Source: Chitinophagales bacterium (GTDB lineage Bacteria; Bacteroidota; Bacteroidia; Chitinophagales; JADJOU01). Taken from it: a DNA stretch of 64,000 bases. Positions 9,782 to 20,536 of the stretch are shown here, piece by piece (the first letter of the stretch is position 1; every line of letters starts with the position of its first letter). The notes under the pieces are model-generated. The model made no database searches. It was not told the DNA's origin and saw nothing but the letters and a program-made list of their open reading frames with translations. The stretch is from the NCBI GenBank assembly GCA_044368655.1, contig JBIPPB010000003.1:2067-66066 (forward strand), given 5' to 3'. A program made the position numbers and the translations under genes.

Positions 9782-10903
9782 TTATTTATTTTTAACAAAT
9801 GTTGCCCACGTAGGTAAAGCTTCGCTTGGTCCAGCTCCTTCAGTTACTGTAAAACCATTACCAATAGTTTTATTAGTTACATCGTCAAATTTAACATTCG
9901 TTACTTTATTGTCTGCCGCTGGTGTGTTTGAACCTAAAGAAACTCCATCTTTGTAACCTTTTACTAATAAATTAGTAATTGTAGATTTAGTACCCACTCT
10001 CAATAAAACACCTTCTTTTTGAGTTCCAGCAAATCCGCTTCCTCTTCCAATTAATACTACATTTTCTACTATTGGATTTGAAACTGGAGTTGCAGCTGGA
10101 TCTTTAGAGTTATTATCTGCCTCTATACCTCTACTGTCATTTGATGCATTTTGATTTTTATTAACAGAATACAAATTTGTTAATTTTCCTGTATAACCAT
10201 TAGCCCAATCAAAATTATCATCATCATTGTTAAATGCATAAAGATTTGAACAGTTAACGGATCCGCCAAACCACTCATACGCATCATCGTTTGACCAGCT
10301 TGACTCTAAATTTTCAACTACTGTTCCACTACCTACACCGTAAAATGTAACTCCGTTAAATTCTCTTTCATCGTTAATTTTTGAACCAGTATATTCTAAT
10401 ACGATGTACTTATATACTCCAGAGTTGTCTGAATTATTTGATCCACCATAAGTTAAACCAGCAACTTCAGTTTGAGCTGATCCACCTGCTGTAGCAGCAG
10501 CATTAGTAGCCGCATTACCACAAATAATTAAACCACCCCATCCACCTGGAGCTTTTTCAGTAGCTGTCATGATAATTGGATTTGCAGAAGTTCCTTGAGC
10601 ATCCATTTTAGCACCTGGTTTTACAGCAATATACAATTTTGTTTTGTCAGCTGTTGAAGATTGTGCAATAATAGTTACACCTGGTTTAATAGTTAATGTT
10701 ACGCCTGTTTCAACGATTAATGCATCGGTTAACTTGTAAATACCTGCCTCTAAAGTACGGTTTGCAGTAATTGTACCTTTTAATTCACCTTGTTCGGTAG
10801 TGTTGGTAGCTACACTTTCATTTTTTTTACAAGATGTAAAAGTTGCTAATCCTAGAACAAATAAAGTTAAAAGGATTGATTGTAATGTGATTGTTTTTTT
10901 CAT
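9782..10903 (-). CDS. Surface lipoprotein with beta-helix-like repeats
   Basis: Lipobox FTSC; WGGLIICG, NGVTFYGVGSGT, DDAYEWFGG, DDDNFDW, GIEADN motifs typical of TBDR-associated lipoproteins. Confidence 0.82.
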   Translation of the reverse strand: MKKTITLQSILLTLFVLGLATFTSCKKNESVATNTTEQGELKGTITANRTLEAGIYKLTDALIVETGVTLTIKPGVTIIAQSSTADKTKLYIAVKPGAKMDAQGTSANPIIMTATEKAPGGWGGLIICGNAATNAAATAGGSAQTEVAGLTYGGSNNSDNSGVYKYIVLEYTGSKINDEREFNGVTFYGVGSGTVVENLESSWSNDDAYEWFGGSVNCSNLYAFNNDDDNFDWANGYTGKLTNLYSVNKNQNASNDSRGIEADNNSKDPAATPVSNPIVENVVLIGRGSGFAGTQKEGVLLRVGTKSTITNLLVKGYKDGVSLGSNTPAADNKVTNVKFDDVTNKTIGNGFTVTEGAGPSEALPTWATFVKNK

Positions 10904-10934
10904 TTTTTTAATTTTTTTGGGTTTAATAATTTTT

Positions 10935-13778
10935 TTATTTTATAATGTTATATGAATAACCAATACTGAAATCGATACCTCTTCTAAAAGATGAAGCGGT
11001 AAGGTTCATGTTGTTTTGATTTAAATATCTATCAATATCAGGATTTAAAATATTCCTTACATTTAAACTGATATTAGATTTTTCAGATATTTTTAATTTT
11101 GAAATGAAATCTAATGTAATAAATCCTTTTTCATAAATATTATTCATCGAATAAACGCCTAAGGAATAAACTTTATCCATGAAATAGTTGGCTACTACAG
11201 TAAATGTAGGTTCCAATTTTTTGTATTTAAACTTATAAGAAATGTCTGCATTTAGAATTAAAGGTGAAGCTCCTGTTAATTGTGAACTTGTAAATGTAAA
11301 TGGCATTTCAATTCTAGGATCTTTAGCGGCATTCTCATTAGCTACTTTATCTTTACTTAAATCCTGATGTGTGTATAATACCGATAAATTAACTCCTGTA
11401 CTCAATTGCGATTTAAATGTTTTTTCAGTTTCAAATTGATCGAAAATATTCTTTTTAACTTCAACTTCCGCTCCAAATACGATAGCTTGGTCTCCTGTGT
11501 TGGCATATGAGAAATCTCCAGTAGCAACGGTTGCGACCATAGCTTTGTTAATTGGATTTTGGATTATTTTACCAAATCCTGTGATAGAGTATAGTTCATT
11601 TTTAGTTGGAAAAATTTCATATTTTAAATCCAAATTATAGTTAGTAGAAAGGTATAAATGTGGATTACCAAAAGAGTTGTTTGTACTTATATCTTCATAT
11701 AAAAATGGCGCAAGCTCTTTAAACTGAGGTAATGTATATGTTTTACTAGCACCAAACTTAAAGTTAGATTTATCATTTATTGCATATTTACCGAAAACAT
11801 ATGGTAATATTTCAAAATCTGATCGATTGACATCTCCACTAGGAACCGCAGCCACATTATATGAAATGTTTTGATTAATCATTTCAAGCTTTGAACCAAA
11901 ACTTAATGAAAACTTATCGTTTAACTTTAAATCCAATCCAAGCGTTGTAGCAAAAATTTGAATATTTCCGCTATACGTTGAAGGAGACACTTCTCCATTA
12001 TTTTCTCTTTGTCCTCTTATATCAAATGCCCCAGCATTAAATGAATCTTTACCAAACATGGTTTGATCTATGTTATTTTCATTGACATTGTTAGAATTTT
12101 GAGCAGCGGTTTTAACCGAGTAATTATATTGTAAAGCTGAAAAATCTCTTGTTTTGTCCGTAAACTCAAATCCAAAATTTAGCTTTGGAGCTTTTGGATT
12201 GATAGATTCATTTTCTTTTTTACCTAAAGTCAATTTTCCGTTAGCTCTAGCAGAAATCACTTCATCACTAAAATCTTGATAGTAAATATTACTTGCACCA
12301 ACATTAGGGCTTAATATTCTGTAATTATTAGCTTCACCTCTATTAAACTCGTTAAAATATAGTGTTTTTCTATAAGGTTGATTTGAATTTAATGTATTAT
12401 ATGCTACGCCCCAATCGATTTCTAATCGATCTAAAATCTTATGATTTCCTAAAAGTTGATTGATCAACAAACTATTATTGTCCTGAGTACTTCGCTCTAC
12501 ATAGATATCGTTTCCATTAAAATTATGTCTTCCAAGATAACTCGAAACCACATCAGAAGAGGTGTTCGACCAAATTGAATTAAATCGTAATTTGTGATTT
12601 TGATCTATTAATAACGTAGCATTCAACATTGCATTTTGTGATGCAGTAAGGGCAGTTTGTGTTTTATTGGTACCTACTAGAATTTCTCCATCGGATCTAA
12701 AATCATTTGAGACACCTTCGTTTTGAGTAAACTTATTAGCATGGTTAAACGTTCCAAAAACGCCTAATACCGTTTTATTGTTTTTAAATTTATAGCTTGT
12801 TCCTCCTGTAAATCCAAATTCATTGTTAATTCTTGGAAGATTTCGTTTTTCTTTTTTCCATTGGATTCTTTCGTCATATGCTGCTGTATATCGATACCCT
12901 GTTGGATTATAAACAATATTATTCCCCTCTGTTACATTAATTTTGGTGTCAGGTTTATCATTATTTTTTAAAAATCCAAAAACATTCATTCCCGATCCAT
13001 AATTGTCATTGCTTACCGCTTGTGAATTCATTCCCATCCCGACATTTACCGTAAGAAATGGTTTGCTAAGATATTCCTTAGTACTTATATTTAAAGCAGC
13101 GCCACCAAAATCTCCAGATAAATTTCCGTTAAAGGTTTTACTGACCGAAACAGATTGTATAATATCTGTAGAGAAAATATCTAAAGAAATATTCTTAAAT
13201 TCTGGATTGTTAGATGACATATACAATCCATTTAAAGTTGTACTATTATATCGATCTCCTAATCCTCTAACAAAAATACTACCGTTGTCTCCTCCTTCTG
13301 ATTTCGTTACTCCAGCCATTTTAGTAACTGCCGCCGCCGCATCACCTGCTCCTTTTTTACTCATTTCTTCGGCACCAATCTTTTCTTGAATCACAACCGC
13401 TTGTTTTTGTTCAAGTAAAATCGCTTGTTCCGACTCTTTATTTTTAACACCTCTAATTATCGCACCTTTTACTTTTTTAGCTTCGGCTTCAAGCGTTATA
13501 TTTTCAATAATTTCTTGACCTTCCGTTATTTGGATAGTTTTGGTAATGGTTTTGTAATTTAAGTTACTAAAAACAACTTGGAAATTACCTGATTGTGGAA
13601 ATTTGATTTGATAATTTCCTTGTAAATCTGTTTTTGCTCCTAAAGCTTGATTTGTAACTTTAACAAAAGTAAATGCAATTGGATTTCCTTCACTATCTTT
13701 GACATTTCCTTTTAAAACTTGAGCACTACTATTTTTAAATGCGATTAGTAATAAAAGTGGTAAAATTAATTTTTTCAT
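10935..13778 (-). CDS. TonB-dependent receptor with N-terminal carboxypeptidase-regulatory-like domain
   Basis: GAKTDLQGNY, plug motif IFVRGLGDRYNSTTLNG, C-terminal NVRNILN...FSIGYSYN. Confidence 0.93.
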   Translation of the reverse strand: MKKLILPLLLLIAFKNSSAQVLKGNVKDSEGNPIAFTFVKVTNQALGAKTDLQGNYQIKFPQSGNFQVVFSNLNYKTITKTIQITEGQEIIENITLEAEAKKVKGAIIRGVKNKESEQAILLEQKQAVVIQEKIGAEEMSKKGAGDAAAAVTKMAGVTKSEGGDNGSIFVRGLGDRYNSTTLNGLYMSSNNPEFKNISLDIFSTDIIQSVSVSKTFNGNLSGDFGGAALNISTKEYLSKPFLTVNVGMGMNSQAVSNDNYGSGMNVFGFLKNNDKPDTKINVTEGNNIVYNPTGYRYTAAYDERIQWKKEKRNLPRINNEFGFTGGTSYKFKNNKTVLGVFGTFNHANKFTQNEGVSNDFRSDGEILVGTNKTQTALTASQNAMLNATLLIDQNHKLRFNSIWSNTSSDVVSSYLGRHNFNGNDIYVERSTQDNNSLLINQLLGNHKILDRLEIDWGVAYNTLNSNQPYRKTLYFNEFNRGEANNYRILSPNVGASNIYYQDFSDEVISARANGKLTLGKKENESINPKAPKLNFGFEFTDKTRDFSALQYNYSVKTAAQNSNNVNENNIDQTMFGKDSFNAGAFDIRGQRENNGEVSPSTYSGNIQIFATTLGLDLKLNDKFSLSFGSKLEMINQNISYNVAAVPSGDVNRSDFEILPYVFGKYAINDKSNFKFGASKTYTLPQFKELAPFLYEDISTNNSFGNPHLYLSTNYNLDLKYEIFPTKNELYSITGFGKIIQNPINKAMVATVATGDFSYANTGDQAIVFGAEVEVKKNIFDQFETEKTFKSQLSTGVNLSVLYTHQDLSKDKVANENAAKDPRIEMPFTFTSSQLTGASPLILNADISYKFKYKKLEPTFTVVANYFMDKVYSLGVYSMNNIYEKGFITLDFISKLKISEKSNISLNVRNILNPDIDRYLNQNNMNLTASSFRRGIDFSIGYSYNIIK

Positions 13779-13814
13779 TTTTTTGAGATTAAATACATTT
13801 TTTTATTTCGAGTA

Positions 13815-13822
13815 CAAAACTA
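13815..13822 (-). promoter_or_regulatory. -7 promoter element of TBDR operon
   Basis: TAGTTTTG on the minus strand (TAnnTTTG). Confidence 0.65.
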
Positions 13823-13873
13823 AAGGGTATTCTTTCGATGCGATTTTAAGGGTTGGTTAAGAAAATCTCTTAT

Positions 13874-13923
13874 TGTTAATTCGATGTAATTTAAATATTA
13901 AGACAATGTTAAATTTTTGTTTA
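13874..13923 (-). promoter_or_regulatory. 11-bp-phased direct repeats (Pho-box/OmpR-family operator-like)
   Basis: Plus-strand hexamers TGTTAA, TGTAAT, TATTAA, TGTTAA, TGTTTA start at 13874, 13885, 13896, 13907, 13918. Confidence 0.6.
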
Positions 13924-14017
13924 AGTTATTGTAATTCAATGTTTTAAAAATATTTTTGATTTAAGATCAATCTTTTATATTTGCTAAATATTATTCAAAA
14001 AATAAATCTAAAATGGT

Positions 14018-14506
14018 ATGGATTTTCATAAAATAAAATGGTTGTTTACCGATGTTGACGGCGTCCTAACGGATTGTGGTGTCTATTATTCTTCAGAGGG
14101 TGAAGAGTTAAAAAGATTTTCTTTAAGAGATGGCATGGGGGCAGAACGGTTAAGACAATTTACGCCTATTCAAATAGCCATTATGACTGGAGAAAATAGC
14201 GGTCCTGTGAGCCGAAGAGCCGAGAAATTGAAAATTGATACGGTCTTTTTGGGTGTTAAAGACAAGGTAAAAGTAATGGAAGAATTTCTTAAATCAAATC
14301 ATTTGAACTATGATGAAATTGCATATATCGGTGATGATTTAAATGATTTTGATGTGATTTCAAAAGTTGGAATCTCTGCTTGTCCAAATGATGCGGTAGA
14401 TCCAATAAAAGAAATCGTTGATTTTATAGCTCCAAATAAAGGTGGCTTTGGTGCGTTTCGTGATTTTTGTGAATGGATTATTAAAAGTCGGAATTCTGAA
14501 AACTAA
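14018..14506 (+). CDS. kdsC: KDO 8-phosphate phosphatase (HAD)
   Basis: DVDGVLTD, RDGMG, YIGDDLND, GGFGAFR. Confidence 0.88.
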   Translation: MDFHKIKWLFTDVDGVLTDCGVYYSSEGEELKRFSLRDGMGAERLRQFTPIQIAIMTGENSGPVSRRAEKLKIDTVFLGVKDKVKVMEEFLKSNHLNYDEIAYIGDDLNDFDVISKVGISACPNDAVDPIKEIVDFIAPNKGGFGAFRDFCEWIIKSRNSEN

Positions 14507-14584
14507 TGTCAATGTTAATAACTTTGATTAAACAAAAAATGGATTTCATTTACTTTTGTATCATTTCCTACTAAAAATTAGAAG

Positions 14585-16852
14585 ATGCATTTTTTAGATG
14601 AACTAAACGCAATTCAATACGAAGCTGTTACTGAAATTCATGGCCCAATTATGATTAATGCCGGTCCAGGTTCTGGTAAAACGCGTGTTTTGACCTATCG
14701 AATAGCTTTTATGATGGAGCAAGGTATTGAGCCATTTAATATCTTGGCGCTTACGTTTACGAATAAAAGTAGTAAGGAAATGCGCGAACGTATCGAAAAG
14801 ATTGTAGGAAGCAAAGCAAGAAGTCTTTTTATGGGCACGTTTCACAGTGTTTTTGCTCGAATATTAAGAACAAAAGCGGAGGCTTTAGGGTACACCAATA
14901 ATTTTACAATATACGATACCGATGATGCCAAAAGTGTTTTAAAATCTATCGTTAAAGATTTTGCTTTAAATGATTCGATTTATAAACCAAATGTTCTTTA
15001 TAATCGTATTTCTAATTTAAAAAATAATCTAGTCAATTACAATATATATTCTAAAAATCAAGAACTGATTTATGAAGATGAAGAAGCGCATCGGCCTAAA
15101 TTTGGTGAAGTTTTTAAAGAATATACAAAAAGATGTATGAAAAATAATGCCATGGATTTTGATGATTTACTCATTAAATTCTATGAATTAATTCTGCGAT
15201 TTCCAGAAACACTTTATGAATTTCAACATAAGTTTCAATATATACTCATCGATGAGTTTCAGGATACCAATCGAGCACAGTATATGATTGTAAAAAAAAT
15301 TGCAGATGTGCATCAGAATATCTGTGTGGTTGGTGATGATAGCCAAAGTATTTATGCCTTTAGAGGCGCAAGTATTGATAATATTTTAAACTTCAAAAAA
15401 GATTATCCTGATTTAAAAGTTTTTAAATTAGAGCAAAATTATAGAAGTTCTCAAATTATTGTAGATGCAGCCAATGCGCTTATAAAACATAATAAAAATC
15501 AAATTGAAAAAACCATTTGGACCGAAAATGAAAAAGGTCAAGAAATCGCTGTAATGCGTGCTTTTTCAGATAATGATGAAGGAAAAATGGTGGTGGATAA
15601 AATTTTAGAACAATCTTTAACAAAGCAAATTAAGTATCAAGATATTGCCATTTTATATCGAACAAATAATCAATCGAGAAGCTTTGAAGAGGCGCTTCGT
15701 AGAAAAAATATTCCTTACATTATTTATGGAGGGCTCTCTTTTTATCAAAGAAAAGAAGTTAAAGATCTTTTGGCTTATTTAAAAGTAACGGTAAATCCTT
15801 ATGAAGAAGAATCGCTCAAACGAATTATAAATTATCCAATTCGTGGGATAGGAGATACAAGTGTTAATAAAATGCTTTTGTTTGCAAGGCAAGAAAACAA
15901 ACAATTATGGGACGTAGTATGTGAAATCGAAAAATACAAAGAGCATTTTCAAGCACGAGCTATTAATACGATTACAGAATTTAGAATGATGATTCAATCC
16001 TTTCATTTGCAGCAAGATATGAATGCACATGAATTGGCACATCACATCGCTAAAACTTCTAAAATTATTGGGGAATTATATGCCGATAAAAGTGTTGAAG
16101 GAATTAGTCGCTTTGAGAACTTGCAGGAATTAATCAATAGTATAAAAGAATTTGTTGAAAATGATGAAGTTATTGAAAATCAAGAATTAGAATCGGATAA
16201 ATCACTAGGGAGTTTTTTACAATCTGTTACGCTTTTGACGGATCAAGATAAAAACAAAGATAATGAAGAATGTATAAAATTGATGACGATTCATGCTTCT
16301 AAAGGTTTGGAGTTTAAAAGTGTATTTCTTGTTGGTATGGAAGAAAGGCTTTTTCCGAGTGAGCGTTCATCGTATTCCCTTGAAGACTTGGAAGAGGAAC
16401 GCCGTTTATTCTATGTAGCGGTAACCCGAGCCGAACGATTTCTTACGATGAGTTTTTCAACGTCAAGGTACAAATTTGGTAAAATAGATATGTGCGAACC
16501 TTCGCGATTTTTATCTGAATTGCCTAAAGAGATTTTAGACATTCAATTTACAACTTCAGAGCAAAATGAAACGACTTCAAATCCATCCAATCCAATTCTT
16601 AAGAATTATCAAAGAAATAATCAATTAGTCAATACGATAAAATCAACGAATAATATTCAGAAAATACCGACTGATTTTAAACCGGATCATCCTGATAAAC
16701 TCGAAGTTGGAATGCGCGTAATGCATCAAAATTTTGGTGAAGGAAATATCGTAGGCATTGATGGAGATGCCGATAAAAAAGTAGCTAGTATTATGTTTGG
16801 TGGAACGGAAAGACGTATAATGCTCAAATTTGCAAAATTGCAGATTCTATAA
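14585..16852 (+). CDS. pcrA: ATP-dependent DNA helicase UvrD/PcrA
   Basis: AGPGSGKT, LTFTNK, IDEFQDTN, LEQNYRS, MTIHASKGLEF, EEERRLFYVAVTRA; C-terminal Tudor-like domain. Confidence 0.95.
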   Translation: MHFLDELNAIQYEAVTEIHGPIMINAGPGSGKTRVLTYRIAFMMEQGIEPFNILALTFTNKSSKEMRERIEKIVGSKARSLFMGTFHSVFARILRTKAEALGYTNNFTIYDTDDAKSVLKSIVKDFALNDSIYKPNVLYNRISNLKNNLVNYNIYSKNQELIYEDEEAHRPKFGEVFKEYTKRCMKNNAMDFDDLLIKFYELILRFPETLYEFQHKFQYILIDEFQDTNRAQYMIVKKIADVHQNICVVGDDSQSIYAFRGASIDNILNFKKDYPDLKVFKLEQNYRSSQIIVDAANALIKHNKNQIEKTIWTENEKGQEIAVMRAFSDNDEGKMVVDKILEQSLTKQIKYQDIAILYRTNNQSRSFEEALRRKNIPYIIYGGLSFYQRKEVKDLLAYLKVTVNPYEEESLKRIINYPIRGIGDTSVNKMLLFARQENKQLWDVVCEIEKYKEHFQARAINTITEFRMMIQSFHLQQDMNAHELAHHIAKTSKIIGELYADKSVEGISRFENLQELINSIKEFVENDEVIENQELESDKSLGSFLQSVTLLTDQDKNKDNEECIKLMTIHASKGLEFKSVFLVGMEERLFPSERSSYSLEDLEEERRLFYVAVTRAERFLTMSFSTSRYKFGKIDMCEPSRFLSELPKEILDIQFTTSEQNETTSNPSNPILKNYQRNNQLVNTIKSTNNIQKIPTDFKPDHPDKLEVGMRVMHQNFGEGNIVGIDGDADKKVASIMFGGTERRIMLKFAKLQIL

Positions 16853-16855
16853 TTT

Positions 16856-18118
16856 TTACACACCTTTAATCCAAGACGATGGATTTTGTTTATTACTAAA
16901 ATGCCATATTTGAATATGTGTAAATGCATAGCCTAAATCGCTACTGTATGCACATTTGCCAATGTTTTGCCTTGCATTCACTTCGCTACCTATTGAAACA
17001 TTGACACTACTCAAATGCGAATACAAAGTAAAATAATCGCCATGTTTTACCAATACGCTGGTTTCATAATTTGGCATATCAAAAATTTGAACCACTTTGC
17101 CATTATACATACATAAAACATCGGCATTGTTTGAAGTTTTAATATCAATACCATTGTTTTCTATTATCAATTCAGGAGCTATGGGATGCGGTTGACGACC
17201 AAATCGTGAAACGACAACCCCTGTTTTAACAGGGAGCGGCAGAGATCCTTTACTACCTAGAAAGCTAGAACTTAATACAGCATTATGCGAGTTCGCATAA
17301 ATTTCCTCAACGGAAGATGGTTTTTTTGCCGATGGGTTATTTTTCCTTTTCTCTTCTATTTCTCTTTGTTTGGCAATATCTCGTTCCCTTTGTTTACGGA
17401 TTTCTTCCTCGATAACTTGCTTAATTCTATTATTTACATTAATCGCAGCTCTATTTTTCTCTGCAATTTTCTTTTTTAAATCTTCAAGTTCCGCGCCTAT
17501 ATTTTTAACCATCATATCGCGTTTATTTTTTTCCACTTCAAGCGCTACTTGATTTTGTTTATTCGATTCCACGACATTGGCTTTCTCTATTTTCGATTTC
17601 TTGAGTTCTTCAACCCGCTCTTGCATTCTTCCAATAATATTTTCTAAAATTTTAGTTTGTTTTTTTGTGTAGTTCGTATATTTTCGAATATATTTTATTC
17701 GATTCCATGCTTCTCTAAAGTTTGAAGATTCCAATAAAAATGCTAATTTGTTTGTATAATTATTTTCCAAATTTTTATACTGCCACAAAATGAGTTTGGT
17801 ATACTCTTTTTTATATAATTCGGCATCTTTTTTATTTTTATCAACTTCTTGTTCCCGATATCCAAGTTCTTTTTGTATAATTTGAAGTTGGTTTTCGGTG
17901 TTTTGAATAAGTTTTTTACGAGTTTCAATTTTTTGGTTAAAAACCTCTATCTCTTTTATACTTATATTTTGTAGCGCTTTTCTTTTTTTAATATCTGCTT
18001 CAAGTTGTCTAATTTCATTTTGTAGCGCTTTGTATTCTTTTTGTAACTTTTGTTTTTGAGATTGACCAAAAGTTACATTTATTATAAAAATTAAAAAAAG
18101 TAGGTGTAAGAATTTCAT
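16856..18118 (-). CDS. envC: Murein hydrolase activator EnvC family
   Basis: Signal peptide, long coiled coil, M23-like domain (NNGIDI, VLVKHGDYFTLYSHL). Confidence 0.85.
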   Translation of the reverse strand: MKFLHLLFLIFIINVTFGQSQKQKLQKEYKALQNEIRQLEADIKKRKALQNISIKEIEVFNQKIETRKKLIQNTENQLQIIQKELGYREQEVDKNKKDAELYKKEYTKLILWQYKNLENNYTNKLAFLLESSNFREAWNRIKYIRKYTNYTKKQTKILENIIGRMQERVEELKKSKIEKANVVESNKQNQVALEVEKNKRDMMVKNIGAELEDLKKKIAEKNRAAINVNNRIKQVIEEEIRKQRERDIAKQREIEEKRKNNPSAKKPSSVEEIYANSHNAVLSSSFLGSKGSLPLPVKTGVVVSRFGRQPHPIAPELIIENNGIDIKTSNNADVLCMYNGKVVQIFDMPNYETSVLVKHGDYFTLYSHLSSVNVSIGSEVNARQNIGKCAYSSDLGYAFTHIQIWHFSNKQNPSSWIKGV

Positions 18119-18783
18119 TATCTAGAAAAAGGCATATTTTGAGGGTTATTTAATTCAATTTTTTCAATATTAAAAATAATTTCCAAAGGATTTTCATTTT
18201 GCTTTACGATTTTTAATCTTCTATTGTAAGCCCAATTTTCTTTGTAATTAGGTATAGGTTTAAATGTTTCAATAAAACCTTCACAAAAGTTAAGAGACTC
18301 TTTGTTTAAAATCTGAAAGCTTTTTATTTGATTATTAGTGTCAAAAATAAATTTTCGATGAGTAAATGAATCCTCTGCAACGGATAAAGTGTCTTCTATT
18401 TCTTTACTTTTAAATATTTCGTTGACTTTGGTTTTATCACAATTAAAAAAAATATACTTAAAGTCATTGAAAGAAAGAGGAAAAGGAATATATTGATTTT
18501 CCGACTTAATATCCATCGCTTCAAAAATATTATCAATTTTATTTTTCAAAAAAATAGAATCTTTCATAATTAATAATCGGCCTCCTTCAATTCCCATAAA
18601 ACCGGTAAAAGACATCCAAATACTATCTTTAAGATTTGAACGAATTTGCGTCGAATATGTTTCTTTTTGACCCATATACGACACGGTCATTTCAGCTTTC
18701 ATTTTTATAAAATAAATAGAATCATTTCCAAAAATTGTATTTTGAAAGGAAATTAAAAATAGTAAAATGAATAACTTATTCAT
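18118..18783 (-). CDS. DUF4292 family protein
   Basis: DSIWMSF..FMGIEGGRLLI.KDSI motif; conserved TPR-DUF4292-envC order. Confidence 0.75.
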   Translation of the reverse strand: MNKLFILLFLISFQNTIFGNDSIYFIKMKAEMTVSYMGQKETYSTQIRSNLKDSIWMSFTGFMGIEGGRLLIMKDSIFLKNKIDNIFEAMDIKSENQYIPFPLSFNDFKYIFFNCDKTKVNEIFKSKEIEDTLSVAEDSFTHRKFIFDTNNQIKSFQILNKESLNFCEGFIETFKPIPNYKENWAYNRRLKIVKQNENPLEIIFNIEKIELNNPQNMPFSR

Positions 18784-20506
18784 TCGATTCTATATATTTT
18801 TTTTCTGTGATTTTTTGCTTTAATACTTTATTACTATTTCCCGCATCCATCGATTTTTGCCAATAAACAACGGCCTTTTCGATATTACCTACTTTTGATA
18901 AAATATCTCCATAGTGTTCATAAATCGTTTTTTTATCTTCTTTTTCAATTTCAACGGCTTTTTCTTGATAAAGAAGTGCTTCTTGATATTGTCCAAGTTG
19001 AAAACAAATCCAAGCATAGGTATCTAAAAACGATCCATTGTCGGGAGCAATATCTAAAGTTTTTCGACTCATTTTCTTAGCGCGCTCTAATTGATTTTTT
19101 CGTAATGAAAGATAATAGGCATAATTATTGAGTGTAAATGGATTATTCGGTTCTAATTTAATGGCATTTTCATAGGCCTCATCCATTTCTTTATACTTTT
19201 TCTGTTTATGAAAAAGTTCACCTAAAGAATTGTAAATTTGTGCTTCGAGCTTTGGATTGTCTCCTGTAAAACGAATTGCTTTTCTTAAACTTTTTTCGGA
19301 AATACTATATTGTTCAATTTGAAGATTAGCGATCCCATTAAAATAATGAACTAAAGGATTTGCAGGGAAATATTCTATTGCTGATTGTGAGCTATCCGCT
19401 AATTCTTTATATTTAGATAATGAGAATAATGTAGAAAATAGATTCTGCCATACTTCAAAAATATCATTTCGATATTTTAAAGAGTTTTTATATGCTAAAG
19501 AGGCCTTTTCATTGTTTTCGTTTAAAAAATGGAAATCTCCTAAAATAGAATGCGATTTTGCGTCAATAGGATGAAAATCCGCTAATTTTTCGGTAAGCGA
19601 AATATAAAAACTTTTTTGAGACGGGTCTAATTTAGAAAAATTCATTAATCCATAACCAAGATATGCAATTTTAGAATCCAATTCGATTTCCTTATTTTCA
19701 ATTAATTTAATACTCGTATTTTTAAAAGCTAGAGTATCATTTTGTTTTAGGTAATAATTGCTCAAATAAATTAAAGCTTTTGGATTAGAAGGTTCTATTA
19801 ATAAAATATTTTGGAATGTTTTAAGGGCCAGTTCTTTTTTTAGATTATTGTCGTAAAATTCGGCTAAAGTAACTTGATGCCTCATTTCGGTTGGATCTAA
19901 AATAATTAGTTTTTTTATTTCATTTTCAGCATTATTAAAGTCATTCAGCCTTAAATAAATTTGATGTTTTTGAATATGAAGCATTTCGTGAGTAAGTCCT
20001 TTTTTCTCAGCTTGATTTAATACTTCAAGTGCTTTTTTATAATTTTCGGATTTAATCAGAATATAGCTGTATTGCAAAATAGATTCAAGATCATTTGGCG
20101 CATTTTTAATAATTTGCTCATATAGTTTGCTGGCTTTATCTACATCGCCACTTCTTGTATAAAGCTCCACCAGATACTCTTTAAACCAAGTGTTATTTTC
20201 GTCAATAGAAACCGCCTTTTCTGCTAATTTGATTCCTTCGCTGTATTTTTCTAATGAAATACAAATTTGGGATGCTTCAAAATGTGCGGCCGCATTTTGT
20301 GGTTGCTCTAAGATAACTTTTTGCATCTTTTCCAATGCTTTTTCAAAGTTGCCTAAATTCTTTTCTTTCATGGCATCGATATACAATTCGGTAGCCTGAA
20401 TTTCTTTTTCCGAAATTTTAATATCTTTAGTTGATGTTTTATTTTGGCTTAAAACGAAGTTTAAACAAATTATAAATTGTAAAAAAATAAGAGCGAAATA
20501 TTTCAT
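18776..20506 (-). CDS. Tetratricopeptide repeat protein (exported)
   Basis: Many TPRs; LNNYAYYLS, FLDTYAW, EHYGDIL motifs. Confidence 0.9.
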   Translation of the reverse strand: MKYFALIFLQFIICLNFVLSQNKTSTKDIKISEKEIQATELYIDAMKEKNLGNFEKALEKMQKVILEQPQNAAAHFEASQICISLEKYSEGIKLAEKAVSIDENNTWFKEYLVELYTRSGDVDKASKLYEQIIKNAPNDLESILQYSYILIKSENYKKALEVLNQAEKKGLTHEMLHIQKHQIYLRLNDFNNAENEIKKLIILDPTEMRHQVTLAEFYDNNLKKELALKTFQNILLIEPSNPKALIYLSNYYLKQNDTLAFKNTSIKLIENKEIELDSKIAYLGYGLMNFSKLDPSQKSFYISLTEKLADFHPIDAKSHSILGDFHFLNENNEKASLAYKNSLKYRNDIFEVWQNLFSTLFSLSKYKELADSSQSAIEYFPANPLVHYFNGIANLQIEQYSISEKSLRKAIRFTGDNPKLEAQIYNSLGELFHKQKKYKEMDEAYENAIKLEPNNPFTLNNYAYYLSLRKNQLERAKKMSRKTLDIAPDNGSFLDTYAWICFQLGQYQEALLYQEKAVEIEKEDKKTIYEHYGDILSKVGNIEKAVVYWQKSMDAGNSNKVLKQKITEKKYIESNE

Positions 20507-20536
20507 TATAGGGCTTCGTTTAATTTTTTAATAAAC

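Noticed and set aside
13003-13389. 128-aa plus-strand ORF and the many other short nested ORFs in the track
   Set aside because: Antisense or out-of-frame shadows inside well-supported genes, with no motifs.
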